A DNA stretch of 63,275 nucleotides, filler included, from Octopus bimaculoides (Eukaryota), in assembly GCF_001194135.2 (NCBI RefSeq). It is 7 parts of 6 records of this genome, joined end to end, with 100 filler letters (N's around TTAATTAATTAA, not from the genome) between each part and the next. Parts side by side here need not be neighbours in the genome. Positions count along the whole stretch, not along the records: positions 1 to 19,426 come from NC_068984.1; 6 more parts are not named here. One strand, given 5' to 3'. The translations under genes and the position numbers were made by a program. Shown piece after piece: positions 1 to 12,720 of this stretch. Every line of letters begins with the position of its first letter. The first letter of the stretch is position 1. The notes under the pieces were generated by a model. The model searched no databases. It was given only the letters and a program-made list of their open reading frames with translations, and was not told the origin of the DNA.

Positions 1-985
1 TTATTACATTTGTAGAAATAAATAATCTTGTATTTTTCTATTATTCAATTGATTTTTTAATTATAATTAAATAAACATCTTTAGCTTTAAATAGTATAGC
101 TTTAACTATTACACCGGTTAAATATGTACTAATTTTATCTTCATTATTATTTTAAACTTAAACTTCGTTCAAATTGTATTTAAAACAATGATAATTTAAA
201 ACAATGATAATTTATGTAAGATGTTTTTTGTATATAATATACATGTTATTATAATGGATGAAGGGATGATTATTGAATGGTTATTATTTTGATATTATGA
301 TATTTTTAATAATTTTTCTATCTTTATATAATAAGTATTTCATATTAATTCATTTGGTACTTATTGTTGGTTGAGATAGATATATGTATCTAATTATTGT
401 TCTACTTACAATCTGACGATTAATTATATTTTTGAATAGAATTTATTTTCGATAATTTCAATTGATTTTAATCGATTTAAATTTCCTTTCTATTTGAAAA
501 TTAGTTATGAAACACGTGTAATCTTTTTATTATATTTATCTTATGATATTTACTTTACATTATACTCATTTATCGTGCTTTTAATTATTAATTTTTCTAT
601 ATGNNNNNNNNNNNNNNNNNNNNNNNNNNNNNNNNNNNNNNNNNNNNNNNNNNNNNNNNNNNNNNNNNNNNNNNNNNNNNNNNNNNNNNNNNNNNNNNNN
701 NNNNNNNNNNNNNNNNNNNNNNNNNNNNNNNNNNNNNNNNNNNNNNNNNNNNNNNNNNNNNNNNNNNNNNNNNNNNNNNNNNNNNNNNNNNNNNNNNNNN
801 NNNNNNNNNNNNNNNNNNNNNNNNNNNNNNNNNNNNNNNNNNNNNNNNNNNNNNNNNNNNNNNNNNNNNNNNNNNNATATATATATATATAAAACAGAGC
901 AAATAGTGAAGGATTATCAATCCCGGCAAAATACTTCATAAGATCTTTCTTGATACACCAGGCTAATAATATTGTTTAGATTAGT

Positions 986-1206
986 AAGGTGGCGAACTGG
1001 CAGAGACGTTAGCACGGCGGGCGAAATGCTTAGCGGTATTTCGTCTGTCTTTACATCCGGTGTTCAAATTCTGCCATGGTTGACTATGCCTTTCATCCTT
1101 TTGGGGGTCAATAAATTAAGTACCAGTTGCACACTGGGGTCGATCTAATCAACTGCCACCCTCCCTCGTAAATTTCGGACCTTGTGCCTAGAGTAGAAAA
1201 GAATAT
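986..1206 (+). mobile_element. tRNA-derived SINE, family A, near full length
   Basis: aaggtggcgaactggcagagacgttagc...gttcaaattctgcc...gcctttcatcctt...taccagttg...cttgtgcctagagtagaaaagaat. It carries a B-box-like GTTCAAAT, and the same consensus recurs more than 15 times in the window. Confidence 0.85.
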
Positions 1207-1297
1207 TGTTTAGTTCATCACAATTCTGTATTGTAAATCTGTGGTTGGGCTCCTGTCAAACTGGGTTTTATACAGAGTGATGTATAAGACACCTTGT

Positions 1298-1338
<41 letters not shown>

Positions 1339-1577
1339 CACAAGCTTGTCTATCCTGTCTTTCAAATCCACTGAAAGCTTTATTCAGCCTGGTCTGTCAG
1401 AGATAACACTTTCCCTCAGTGCCACACAGTTGAGGCTGAACCCAAATGCATATGTGTGGGATGTAAACTTTTTGAGTCACTTTTGTAGCTCTTCTGAGTC
1501 TCCATACATACATAGTTTCTTGTTTCAATGTTCAATCTTAAATTAGTTATCATCATCATCATCATCACCTTCACGAT

Positions 1578-2070
1578 GTTAATTACCCTGCACATGTAAG
1601 CAAAAGCAGGGTATTGTAATCACTCATCTTGCTTGTTTGTCTGTGTTTTTGCAAAATCACTGGCAAATGGCTGAACAGATTTTCACCAAATTTGGCAGAA
1701 ATACTCATTGGGTAAGCGGTTCAAAATGATGAAATTTTGGTTTATCTTTAACATAAAAAAATTAAATTAAAAAATCGAACTTAGAAATTTCCTGATAACC
1801 AAGTGGTCATATTATTTTGTTCACTTTCTTTTTCATATGAATTGGCCCTCGTCTGTGTGTGTATAGATTATGGTGTACTTATGCGCATAGACACATGTGA
1901 GTACATACATACAAAAATACCTACACAGATATGCGACTGTGTGTGTGTGTCTGTATTTGTGTGTGTATCCATGTGTGTGTGTACAGCGATGGATTCATGG
2001 GTTTCGTTTATTTATGAGTTGATTTCTTAATTCCACCAGAGTATAAATACCTGTAATGGTGATACTTATA
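1578..2070 (+). mobile_element. Helentron/DINE-1-like non-autonomous element (decayed)
   Basis: 5' short inverted repeat ttaccctgc...gcagggta, then ctgtctgtgt and 'ggctgaacagattttcaccaaatttgg', the typical HINE layout. The 3' boundary is uncertain. Confidence 0.5.
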
Positions 2071-2589
2071 CAAAAAAAAATTAATTCAGTTCAAGTAAAA
2101 AGCATGGGTAAGCAACACATTGGAAGCCACACTTTAATTTGCAAAAAACTTTATCTGCACACAGGGTGTGCATTGCCCCTCCAATGCCTTATTTTTTCAC
2201 TTAATAATAATATCGATTCCTAACATTGATCCAATATCACAAATTTTTATGGAGGAGGTTACACTCAATTGAATCAATTCCAGTATCTATTTTAGTGTAT
2301 GTGGGGTCACAGTTGACTGAATTGACAATTTCAGTATTTATTTATAATTACTTTATCAACATCGGAAAGATGAAAGGCATAGAGTCAGTCCTGCTTGGAC
2401 TGGAACTCAGAACATGCAGGACATATTAAGATAATCTAAGACATAGAAGGAGGATGTTAAATGATGATGATTTACCAATTCCGTCATTCATTACATTTAT
2501 GTAAATATTTATATTATATACATTTCTCTGAATTGAATAATTATGTTAAATTTATATCTCTTAATTCAATAGTTATGTAATAGTTTCCC

Positions 2590-2900
2590 CTCGGGTCATA
2601 CAGACAGTCTTGAGGTTAGATGTAGAAAAGGCAAAGAGAGCTACCCTGATTGAGCTTACAGTCTTGTGGGAAGAAGGGTGTGATCAAACCTTTGAATGGA
2701 AGCATGCAAAGTTCCAAAACCTTTTTCAGAATTGTAGTATGAAGGGATGACAGTCATGGCTATTACCGGTCAGTCACAGAATGCTTAAAGCCACTGAAAT
2801 TAGAAGAAAAGAGCAAAATGTAGCTGAGTACAGGATGGAAAGCAACAGAAAGAGTCTCTTGCTGGTTATATAGCAAGAAAGAGGAGCTAAGCTGAAAGCC
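2590..2900 (+). mobile_element. Restriction-like endonuclease fragment of an R2/Hero-type non-LTR retrotransposon (pseudogenised)
   Basis: Manual translation gives TLIELTVLWEEGCDQTFEWKHAKFQNLFQNC.MKG*..WLLPV and ATERVSCWLYSK. This matches the ELTVPWEE...KxxKY..L..GW...PVE...A..AS.WLW pattern of Hero-like RLE domains. Stops are present. Confidence 0.7.
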
Positions 2901-3187
2901 AAAGGAGATGATGAACAGTGATTTGGCCACCATTGCTGATCCACTGACAGGAGCATGTTATGGTTCAGAGTCAAAACACCTAATCACCATTGACTGCCAC
3001 CTGTTTACATCAGTTCATCTTGGTCAAAGTTCCATTCACCAAAAAAGCATCTTCTTTTAGATGTTATCAACCTCTTATATAACCACAAGGGAGTAGATTG
3101 ATAGAATTGTTAGAGAAGCTGACAAGATGCCTTATAGCATCTGTTGGAGATCATGACATTTTGTGTTCAAATTCTTCTGATTTCCTT

Positions 3188-3267
3188 GTGGCAGGAATGG
3201 GACCAGACTAAGTGGCAGGAATGGGACCAGACTAAGTGGCAGGAATGGGACCAGACTAAGTGGCAGG
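3188..3267. repeat. Perfect 24-bp minisatellite, 3.3 copies (gtggcaggaatgggaccagactaa)
   Basis: Units start at 3188, 3212, 3236 and 3260 and are identical. Confidence 0.95.
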
Positions 3268-4026
3268 CCTGCAAAGTCTGATTGAGTGAGACATCAGTTG
3301 GTTCAACATCTCAGTTACGTCATTATGAAGAATAGACACTGGAAGAGTAATTAATATTATTATATAGTCACAGGCCTAATTTTTGTGAGTTGAGTACATC
3401 AGTAATTAAATCCACCTCAGTATTTGACTGATACTTCAGTGACCTTTGAAAGATTTGGACTCAGAATGTAAAGACTTATAATACTATACAACTAGGAAAT
3501 GTGTCTAAGACTAGTGGTTTTGATAATTTGGTGAGCTGGCAGAATCATTATCATGTCGAACAAAATGCTGAGCTGCATTTTGTCCATCTTCATGTTCTGA
3601 GTTCAAATTCTGCCTAGGTTGACTTTGCTTTCTCAGGGTCGATAAAATAAGTACCAGTTGAGCACTGAGGTTGATGAAATCGGCTAACCCTCTGCCATAA
3701 AATGCCTATTGTAGAAGGATTATTATTTCTCATGCTGAAATGAGGTACCACTTCACAGGGTTATTTTGGTTACTCAGATCACTCCCAATACTTATCTAAA
3801 TCTGGCATTTATTTTGTCATATACTTTTTACTGAATCACTACAGCCCTGTCAAGCAGTGAGGGACAAACAAATATGTGCACGTGCTCATACATACACTCA
3901 CATAACAGGCTTCCTGCAAATTTTGACTACCAAATTCACTTAAAAGGAAGTTGGACTGAACTTGAAACCCTATGAATCCTTATCAAATGTCTTAACCACA
4001 TAGCCATGCCACTGCCTACAATAACC

Positions 4027-4200
4027 TTAACCCTTTAACATTTAAACTGGCCATACCCAGCCCAAATATTCTACCTGTTGCTTGTTCAAACTGGCCATAT
4101 CTGGCCTCTCACACCTAACCTACAATGTCATCCTAAAAATAAATAATCACATCATCAAAATCTCAGAGCTACAAGATAATGAATGATTAATTCAAAATCA
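4027..4200 (+). mobile_element. piggyBac-type MITE, 5' part
   Basis: Begins TTAA|CCCTTT, followed by 'aaactggccata...ctggcctctcacacc...ctacaatgtcat', which I recognise as a common octopus MITE. Confidence 0.5.
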
Positions 4201-4554
4201 AACTCACAAATTTTTATGGAGAGGTCACATTCAGTTAACTCAACTTCACTTCCTATTGATATTTTAGCAGCCTTGGAATGTTTACAGTAAATGGCAGTAT
4301 TGGAACTCAGAATTCAGCTGTTTAATATATGTTCCTTTTTTCTGCAATGTTTTTTTTTTTTTGGTAAGCAGTGCCGATTTTTGTTTACATTTCTGTAAAT
4401 AATAATGATAAATATTTTATAAGCTTAAAGCTTATAAGCGATCACTGCGTAATGACTAGAGAAAATAGTCTAATATTGGAGCATGTAAGCCCTAGCTCCA
4501 GGTCAGCCCAATATCTAGCATATCTGTTCTTTCTAGCATGGTATGAAACTGTGT

Positions 4555-4950
4555 AGTAGTTCCCTTGTTGGCATGAATTTGATGGTGGTAATAGTACTGG
4601 TTGTGGTGGTGGTGATGGAGGAAGAGATAGTAGTTACAGTGGTATGGGATAATAGTGATGGTGGTTGTGGATGCGGTGGTGAAAGTAGTGGTGAAAGCTG
4701 ATGAAGTAAGAAATGTCAATTATGGTGATGAGGATGATAGAGATAATGGTGAGGTGATTGTGGTGGATTAAGAGTGGTACTGCAAATGGTAATAGTGATG
4801 GTGGTAGCTGTTGGAGTTGGTTGTGAAAGTAGCAGTGGATGTGATGATAGTGGTGAGGTGATGGTGGTGTTGATGGGGATATTGATGGTTGTGGTAGTGG
4901 TGATGATGCTGGTGATTGTAGTGGTAGTACTGGTGATGGTACTTGTATCA
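4555..4950. repeat. Degenerate (GTG/GAT/TAG)n low-complexity tract
   Basis: Imperfect trinucleotide tract. It accounts for the Thr/His/Pro-rich pseudo-ORFs at 4492-4991. A similar tract lies at 8690-9125. Confidence 0.85.
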
Positions 4951-5649
4951 TAAATATTTTGTAGTTGGATGTTCCTACTGTTATTGATCACTTGGCCATT
5001 AAAGGCTAGGTGTCATGTAGCAAGTGCTGTGGGAGTACACCTGTCAAACCCTATTTGAAAATATGAAAGAAAAGATGAATAATTATTCTGATTGCAAGAT
5101 CCAAGAATTTATTATTTATGAAGAATTTCTGACTTTCTCCCAAGAATTCTGGAATTGTTTGTACTAATAACTTTCACACTTCCTTTGTTCTTACATTTCC
5201 ATGCAGCTTCAATCTTTAGTCAGCATCTGATCTTAATATCCTATGTTTTGAATTAATCAGGGAACCTTGATATGGTTTTTTGATGTAGTAGAACGAGAAG
5301 TCAAATTTTCTTCAAACCACACACTGCTACTTTAGTCAAAAAAGGGCTGGACAGATTATCCAGGCTGATCTGGGCTTAAACAAGATGAGCAGCAATGATA
5401 ACAACAACATTTTGTCTTATTTATTTATTTGTATTATTTTTCTTTTATTACAATAAACAACAGGATCAGTGGTTTTCAATGGGTCAATCACTGGTTTATT
5501 GTATTTAAGAGGGTCAGAATAACAAAAGGGTGCCATTTTTATATGTTCTAAGTTACATGGTAATTCAGAGCAGAAAAAATACCGCAAGGTTTTCTTGTTA
5601 AGAAAACACTGTTTATTACTAGCTGTCCTAAACTTTGGTTCCATTTCAG

Positions 5650-6760
5650 AAGGTGGTTTCCTAAAATATAGTGTGGATCACTATGATATTTAATGGTCAA
5701 ATTAGACAACCAAATATTGCAGTGTTTTACATCATGTACCTGATCTGCTAAGGATACCTCTGTCTATTTCTCGTGTATACTTTGGTGGAGGATCCTTTAT
5801 TATGGAATTTGGAGACATTGAAGGGTAATCCACTTGAAAACTGGAACCTGGGTGAGCCATACCCGGACTGCATATGCATATGACATCACTATCATGGCGT
5901 CAGATATATTGAAAATCAAGTTGGTTGAGGCAGTAAGTAATAGGAGCAGGAATTAACTCGAAGGTCTTACAACTCAGTGTATGAAGAGGCAAATTTAGGT
6001 TGGACTGGGTCGAAGGTTTTGTTAGGATACTTGGGGCTTGACTCAACCAGACCTCCAAATTGTTCAGCTTCACTCAGAAATGGGGTAAAAGAAAGTTGTC
6101 CTTGGAAGACTGAACAACAGTAGCTAAGACTTGTAACAAGTCACTGTACCTTGTTCTGTCACTGTACTTTGTCAAATTGGAATATATGCTTTTATACTTG
6201 CTGTAAAAGGGACAGGTTTTGTTGGTCAGGAGGCCCATCTGCTGCCAATACTTAATACAAGGGTTTTTTGGGGAAGTTGTGGCTGATATACAAATATTTT
6301 CTGAAGCTGCTACATTTGTAGTGATTTCTTGATAACTACAGTAATGAACCAATATGGTTGCCTTCCGAACAACACACTGTTCTGCAGCTTGTCTCTTTGA
6401 GCATGCTATAGTCATAGGTGAGGGGCCAACCGATGTTGATCTTTTAGCATCTGGAATGTTGCCAGGCACTCACTGTTCTCTACCTGCTGAATAATGTAGT
6501 GGATGGGAAATCTACCATATTCTATAAAACATTATTTGAGGTTATGATTGCCTGTGAACAATTCCAGACATTGATAATGACAAGTTTGAGTTGTTTCTTT
6601 TTGAAACACTTTCTGGTCATATATCAGGGACAGTTTTCAGAAGTCCTTGACCTTATAGTGAAAGAAAGGGTTTGGAATAAACACTACTGGCATGACTGTG
6701 TTACAACTGTCAGTAATAGAATCTGCTTCGAAAGCAGATGGAAGGGCTATGACTGGACTC
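5650..6760 (+). mobile_element. Highly degenerate L1/Tx1 LINE, RT region
   Basis: Relic motifs in plus frames: cctctgtct...tatactttggtggaggatcc (PLS..LY.L..EP), gcatatgcatatgacatcact (AYAYDIT, from YADD), and aaatggggtaaaagaaagttgtcc (W..RKLSL). Confidence 0.6.
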
Positions 6761-7364
6761 CCATGGTCATATAGATCTATTGAGTTAGAGTTGACCCAGG
6801 GATCAACATTGACATGTGAAAGAGTCTTTTCATAGTCATTTACTTGCTAGAAATAGCAGCCAAATCTCCTTTAGATCTAACACTATCATCTTATAACAGC
6901 AAGCACACATTGGATATAGTCATAGATAGTCTGTGCCTCAGAAATAAACAAAATGGTCATGGTAGGACTGCCTTTGATTATAGATCTTTTTTCATCAATG
7001 TTAATATGAGGCAAAAAAAAAAAACAATATTCTAGTCATCAGTAGATGGCCAAATCTATAAAACATTACATCAATTACCTTATGGTGTTTATTAACACCA
7101 CTTTACATTCCTAGTTCAAATCCTTCTGAGATTGGAGTTACTTTTTACTCGTTTGGATGATGATAAATGAAGTACTAGTCAAAAACTTGCTAAATCTATC
7201 TCCTCAAACATGACTATAGCACATGGTATTGAACTTAAACCCATGTGATTACAATGTGATTACTTGATTGATGCATGATTTTATCAATTTCAGAAGAATG
7301 TAAAGCAAAAATTAACTTCTGTGGGAGCCAAAAATCATTCCTCAATAGAAACCAAACCTACCTC

Positions 7365-7590
7365 CAAGGGCTACCAATATTAATTATTTCTACTATAGAT
7401 ACAAGACCTGAAATTTTAGGGAAGAAGTCTAGCTGATTACATTGACAGCACTGCCCAAGTGGTATTTATTTTATTGACATGAAAGGATTAAAGGCAATGC
7501 AGATCTCAGTGGAATTTGAACTCAGAAGGTAAAGCTGGAAGAAAGGCCATTAGGTATTTTGTCCAGCATGCCGTTGATTCTGCTAGCTTG
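7365..7590 (-). mobile_element. SINE family A, decayed
   Basis: Reverse complement of the family A core (ttgacatgaaaggattaaaggcaa...gaatttgaactcagaa), with CpGs lost. Confidence 0.75.
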
Positions 7591-7724
7591 CTGCCTTTGA
7601 GAACCACCAATATTAATATCAAAAAGAAATCTTGTTGCAATGTTCTTATGATTTGTCCACATTTTTCTGTAAGGCGCATAAAGCCAGTTTCCCTGTTTCT
7701 CTGGCATATTCTGAATGCCTTACT

Positions 7725-8170
7725 TCCCTGGACATGGATGGCAACTGACTTGGCAGACGCCCTTAAAATTATTAACCATCTTACTAACAATAACTCTGAG
7801 CACCTTTTCAAATTCCACCTGTCTAACACCCATGGACATGTTTACAAAGTCAGAAAACAGCATAGCTCCCATGACTTTCGTAAGCACTTTTTCATGCTAA
7901 GAGTTGCTGAAGTATGGAACAAACTGCCGGCATCAGTCGTTAGTTGTCGGAGCACTGTATCCTTCAAAACTTCCATGCTTCCTGAGATTAACCAACACTA
8001 CACCTGATTTTCTCCCCTCCATACACATGCAAGCATGTACCTGACTCATACACTATTCACTTTCCAGACATTTGTACATTACTCAAATACTTTATGCACA
8101 CTTTTGACAAGTTGTAGTGCCCCTGAGCACTGTATACAATAATTTCATTATTATTCTTATTATTCTTATT
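7725..8170 (+). mobile_element. CR1-type LINE, 3' end
   Basis: ORF 7516..8007 C-terminus SNTHGHVYKVRKQHSSHDFRKHFFMLRVAEVWNKLPASVV matches the CR1 ORF2 end (TRGH..KL.....R..FF..RV...WN.LP). It is followed by a 3' UTR and an (ATT)n-like tail. Confidence 0.85.
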
Positions 8171-8179
8171 ATATATTCC

Positions 8180-8362
8180 TCCATGGATGGGACATCGGTC
8201 TATTTCTGAATTACTAATTTTTAACAGCTGAGTGGACTGGAACAAGATGAAATGAAGTGTTTTGCCCAAGAACACAACACAATACATCACCTAGTCTAAA
8301 ATCAAAACTACAATATTAGGATTATGTGTCTAGCACCCTAACCACTAAGCCATGTGCCTTTA
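8180..8362 (-). mobile_element. tRNA-derived SINE, family D
   Basis: The minus strand starts ggcacatggcttagtggttagggtgc (A box) and contains gtgttcttgggcaaaacacttcattt and ccagtccactcagctg. Another copy lies at about 26380-26590. Confidence 0.7.
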
Positions 8363-11312
8363 CATGGAATGTTCTTATGGTTTTGTAAAAGTATTTCTGT
8401 TGCATTTTATTTCTTCTGTAATTGGAGCAATACATACATGACATATTGAATAGAACTGAACTTGGTAAGCATACTTCATAGCAAAATAAATTGTTGAAAA
8501 AAAAAAGAAAATTAATTAAAAAAAAAATATACTTTGTTTAGTAATTATTGATAAAGCAAAAACTCAAACAGATTTGTGTATGGTAGTTTCTGTGAATTGG
8601 GAAGCATAAAGTCAGACTAGACACTGAAACAAATAAACAATAAACACTGACAAAAAACTGTGGCTCCTAATTTCTGGTGTTTGAATATGTTGGGTGGTGG
8701 TAGTGATAGTGGTGGTGGTGATGGTGGTGGTGTTGCTGCTGGTGATAGTGGTCATTGTGAAGACAATGATGGTGGCAGCAGCAGCTGTAGCAGTAGTAGT
8801 GATGGTGGTTGTTGCTGTGGCTGTGTTGCTGATGTGGTGGTGGTGGTGGAAGTGGGCAGTGCTATGATCATGGAATGATTATAGTAGTGGTGGTGGTAGT
8901 TGAGATGGAAGGGAAGGATGTGTAGCAATAACTGATTCTCAATATTGATCAATAAACTTCTCAGAAAAGTAAATTAACACTAAGCACACCAAATCCCACA
9001 TCACTGTCGAAATCATCATCATCATCATCTCCACCATCACTTCCATCATCACTACCACTACCATCACGTCCATCATCATTATCATCACTATCATCATCAT
9101 CATAGTCATCCTACCATCACCACTCATCCTGTTAAAAACAGCAACCAAATCTCTCAAGTTATACTCTATTGACCAAAAACACAAGAAGGGTACATTTGAT
9201 AATGTCATCCTAAATAGTTGAAAGGAAGATGGGATGGTTACACCTGGAATGCCCTTCATCATGGTTTTGTCTGATCAAGGTTTGCCTGGTGCTAAATAAC
9301 AAGACAAGATGGTCATGACTGGTACACCTTTGCTTATAAGTCTACTCAAAGTTGACCTGTGACTAAACTAATACAACTAACAACATCATTATCTCAATAC
9401 AATATATTGATTTTATACAGACTAGTCATATATGATGTTGTTGTTGTTGTATAGCCCCAGGCCAGCTCTACTCAAACAGGCACCCTAGCCATGGTCATCG
9501 TGTCTTTATGGCAGTATGTCAAACTACATTATTTCATATTATCTTAGATAAAGCATTGGAATGTATCAGGTTGGGAAGTTTGGCTACCATTTCTAGCATA
9601 CTGAGCGACCATTTGATTGTCCACATGATTATACTGTGCTGGGTCATTGGCAATTAGCATGCAAAACATGTTTCTTGTTAATTCCCATTTGAAATTCTGA
9701 TTTCTTGTCAGGAAACAAAACATGTGGGGGTTGTAGGAAAGGGTGCTGGGATAGAGACATAAAACTGGCACTGGCTGTATTCTGAAGAATAGGAAGTTAA
9801 CTTTCTGTCTAATTGCCCCATTTTCAGCCTACATTTTGTTTTGGCATATAAAGGTCACAGAAATATTAACAACATGAAATTTGTTTCGCTTGGTGAATTG
9901 GTGCTTTTATAGCTCAAATAGCAGAATTTGAAGTGTTTATGTGTAATGGTAATACCAGAATCTAGTAAATGGTGCCCCTAATACATTTCTGGAACTATTG
10001 GCAACAGAATTGTGCCATGAAGATTTCCCAAGGGTAAACATTTTGTGTTTAGATTGTACATAGGTGTGTGAATTTGTTAGTCTGTATGTAGGTTTTGTGT
10101 TCAACTGTAAGTATATGTTTGTGTGTGAATGTGTATGTATAATTTCATGGTTGTGTGTATATATATGTAAGTATATGTTTGCATGTGTAGGGTGTGTGTG
10201 TGTGTATGTGCTTATATATGTAAATGAATGTAGATTATTGTGAATACATGTATGTGTAGGTGTATATGGAAATGGAAATGAAAATAATTGATTGACTGTA
10301 TATGTTTGGATGCTTGAATGTCGGTTAGTATGTTAATGAAAATGGTTTCTGCTTGTGCATATATGTGTGTATTGGTTAGTTGTGTGAATGCCAGTATATG
10401 TTTGTGTATGTATATGAATGTTTGTGTTTGGATGCATGTGTATATTTGTAGGTCTAGTCTAAAGATACAGTATAGCTAAATGGTTAACAAGTACACTTCA
10501 AAATTCCCAGTTTGTGAGTTCAATTCCAGTACTTGGCATCTTAGGCAAGCATCTTCTACCATAATCTTGGGTTTGATCAAACATTTTGAGTGAAAATAGA
10601 CAGAGGAAAACTAAGAAGAAACCTGTCAGATGGACAGTAAATTAATGCTCCCACCTTGTCATACACTGAGTAACATCGATTTTGCTTGAAAATTACATAA
10701 AGGGTACAAATTCTATGGAGTACTCAGCCACTAACTGTACATAGGTAATTGGACAACAGGTAATTGGACAACTGAAAACTCATTGTTGAAACTGACTGAG
10801 ATCCTTTTACTTATTTTTGTTAATGTTTTTGGATGTATGTATATATAAGTTTGTATATGAATGTAAATATCCTTGTGAGTGTGTGTATGTATGCTTGTGG
10901 ATGAGTGTGTCTATAACTTTGTGCATGAATTTATGTGTGTGCACACTTGTGGGTGAGTGTGCATGTAAGTTTGTATCTGATTGCAAGTTTGTATATATGT
11001 GTGTATGAATGTGTGTGTATGCTTGTTGGTGTATGTATGTGTGTAAGCTTGTGTGTGAATGTAGGCATATTTGTGAGTGTATGTGCATATATACCTGTTA
11101 ATGTAACAGTATGTTTGAGGCTGTGTATGTGTAAGTAGGTTTGTGTCTGAAAGCAAGTTTGCATGTGTGTGTATGTGAATATAGTGTATACTTGTACGTG
11201 TATGTGTATGTAAGTTTGTGTGTGAACGTATGAATGTTTATAGGTGTGTGTGTGTGAATGTAAGTTCATGCTTGTCTGTGAATGTCTATAAGGCCTGCAT
11301 AGGCTTTATAGG

Positions 11313-11710
11313 TACAGGCATAAGTGTGTGGTAAGAAGCTTGCTTCCCAACAACATAGTTCCAGGTTCAGTCCCACTGCATGGCACCTTGGGCAAGTGTC
11401 TTCTACTATAGTCTCAAGCTGACAAAACCCTTGTGAATGGATTTGATAGATGGAAACTGAAAGAAGCCCGTCATATATGTGTATGTGTGTGTGTGTGTGT
11501 CTTTAATCTGTGTTTGTTCACAGCTTGACAACTAGTGTTGGTGTGTTTACATCCCCATAACTGAGTGGTTTGGCAAAAGAGACCAATAGAAAAGTACTAG
11601 GCTTATAAGAATATATAAAAATAAATAAGTATCTGGGTCAATATATTTGACTAAAATTCAAGGTGGTGCACCAGCATGGCCGCAGTTTAATGACTGGAAC
11701 AGATAAAAGA
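11313..11710 (+). mobile_element. tRNA-derived SINE, family B (bipartite, internal TA/TG microsatellite), CpG-decayed
   Basis: gtgtggtaagaagcttgcttccc...ggttcagtcccactg...gatggaaactgaaagaagccc, then (TG)n, then a 3' half ending gactggaacagataaaaga. An extra 3' half lies at 11790-12010. Confidence 0.85.
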
Positions 11711-12149
11711 TACACTTGTGAGTGTATTACTATGTATGATAATGTAAGTATGCATTTGTATATGTAATAATGGTTAGTATGTTTGTGTGTGTGTGTGTGT
11801 GTGCCTGTATTTGTCCCCTCCACTACTTGACAACTGGTATTGGTATGTTTACATCCTCATTACTTAGCAGTTCAGCAAAGTGTACTGATAGAGTAAGTAC
11901 CAACCATTAAAAAGTAAGTAGTGGGGTCAATTTGTTTGACTAAAAGTTCTTCAAGGCAGTGCCCCAGCATGGCCACAGTTCTAATGACTGAAACAAGTAA
12001 AAGATAAAAAGATGACATAACCTGAGATATGTTTAATTTTCCCCTCCTTGATGTTCATAGATTAAGAACTAATAATATTCCACAACGGATTCAGTTAATT
12101 ATGATAATAGTGCACTGCTTATGCCATGTTGGCTGTGCACCATCCTCTT

Positions 12150-12720
12150 CAGTTAACGTCCATTTACCATGCTGGCACAGGTTGGACAGTTTGACAGGAG
12201 CTGGTTACCCAGAGAGCTGTCCAGGCTCCAATTGCTTGTTTTGGCATGATTTTTATGGCTGGAAGCCTTTCCTAATGCCAACCACTATAGTGTTCTGGGT
12301 GCTTTTTACTTGCTACTAGCACAGGTGAATTTATGTGGCACATGTCCATTTTACATGCCACTGGCATGGGTACACTTTATGTGGTACTGGCACCTGCAAG
12401 ACAAAGACCTCTCAGCTCGGAAAGGAGTGTGGGCATGGCCATAAAGGACATGCTTATATGTATAGATGGTCATGATTTTACTTAGCTGTCTGTGAATGAC
12501 AAAGTGTAGAGAAACTGAGAGAAAAAGTGCATATAAGAGGAATCAGATGTATCATGCAAGAGAGAAGTTTGAAATGAAATGGATATGTGCTGCTTATGGA
12601 GTTTAACAGATAATGATGTACTTTGTGGAGGTGTGTCTGTAGAAGAATAAGGAAGGGTAAGGAAGACATGGGTAAAAGTGGTGGAGGTTCATCTCAATGT
12701 TGAACTTCATAGAGTATTGA
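12150..12720. mobile_element. RTE-family LINE relics: 3' UTR (minus, about 12150-12400) and RT C-terminus (plus, about 12490-12720)
   Basis: The segment 'ttaacgtccatttaccatgctggc...ggctggaagcctttcctaatgccaacc' is shared with 43450-43816. The plus frame reads EKLREKVHIRGIRCIMQERSL.*NGYVL, resembling ...LRW.GHV.R. Confidence 0.6.

Noticed and set aside
1-603. Very AT-rich block, considered as a mitochondrial insertion (NUMT)
   Set aside because: I recognise no mitochondrial protein, rRNA or tRNA motif. Faint Penelope-RT-like echoes on the minus strand are too weak to call.
3188-3267. 24-bp repeats as a CRISPR array
   Set aside because: The units are contiguous with no spacers, the context is eukaryotic, and there are no cas genes.
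8418-8470. Possible micro-exon ending at a strong donor (CTTG|gtaagc)
   Set aside because: The acceptor is poor (GAG), only 12 codons are open, and there is no recognisable homology. It is unsupported without RNA-seq.
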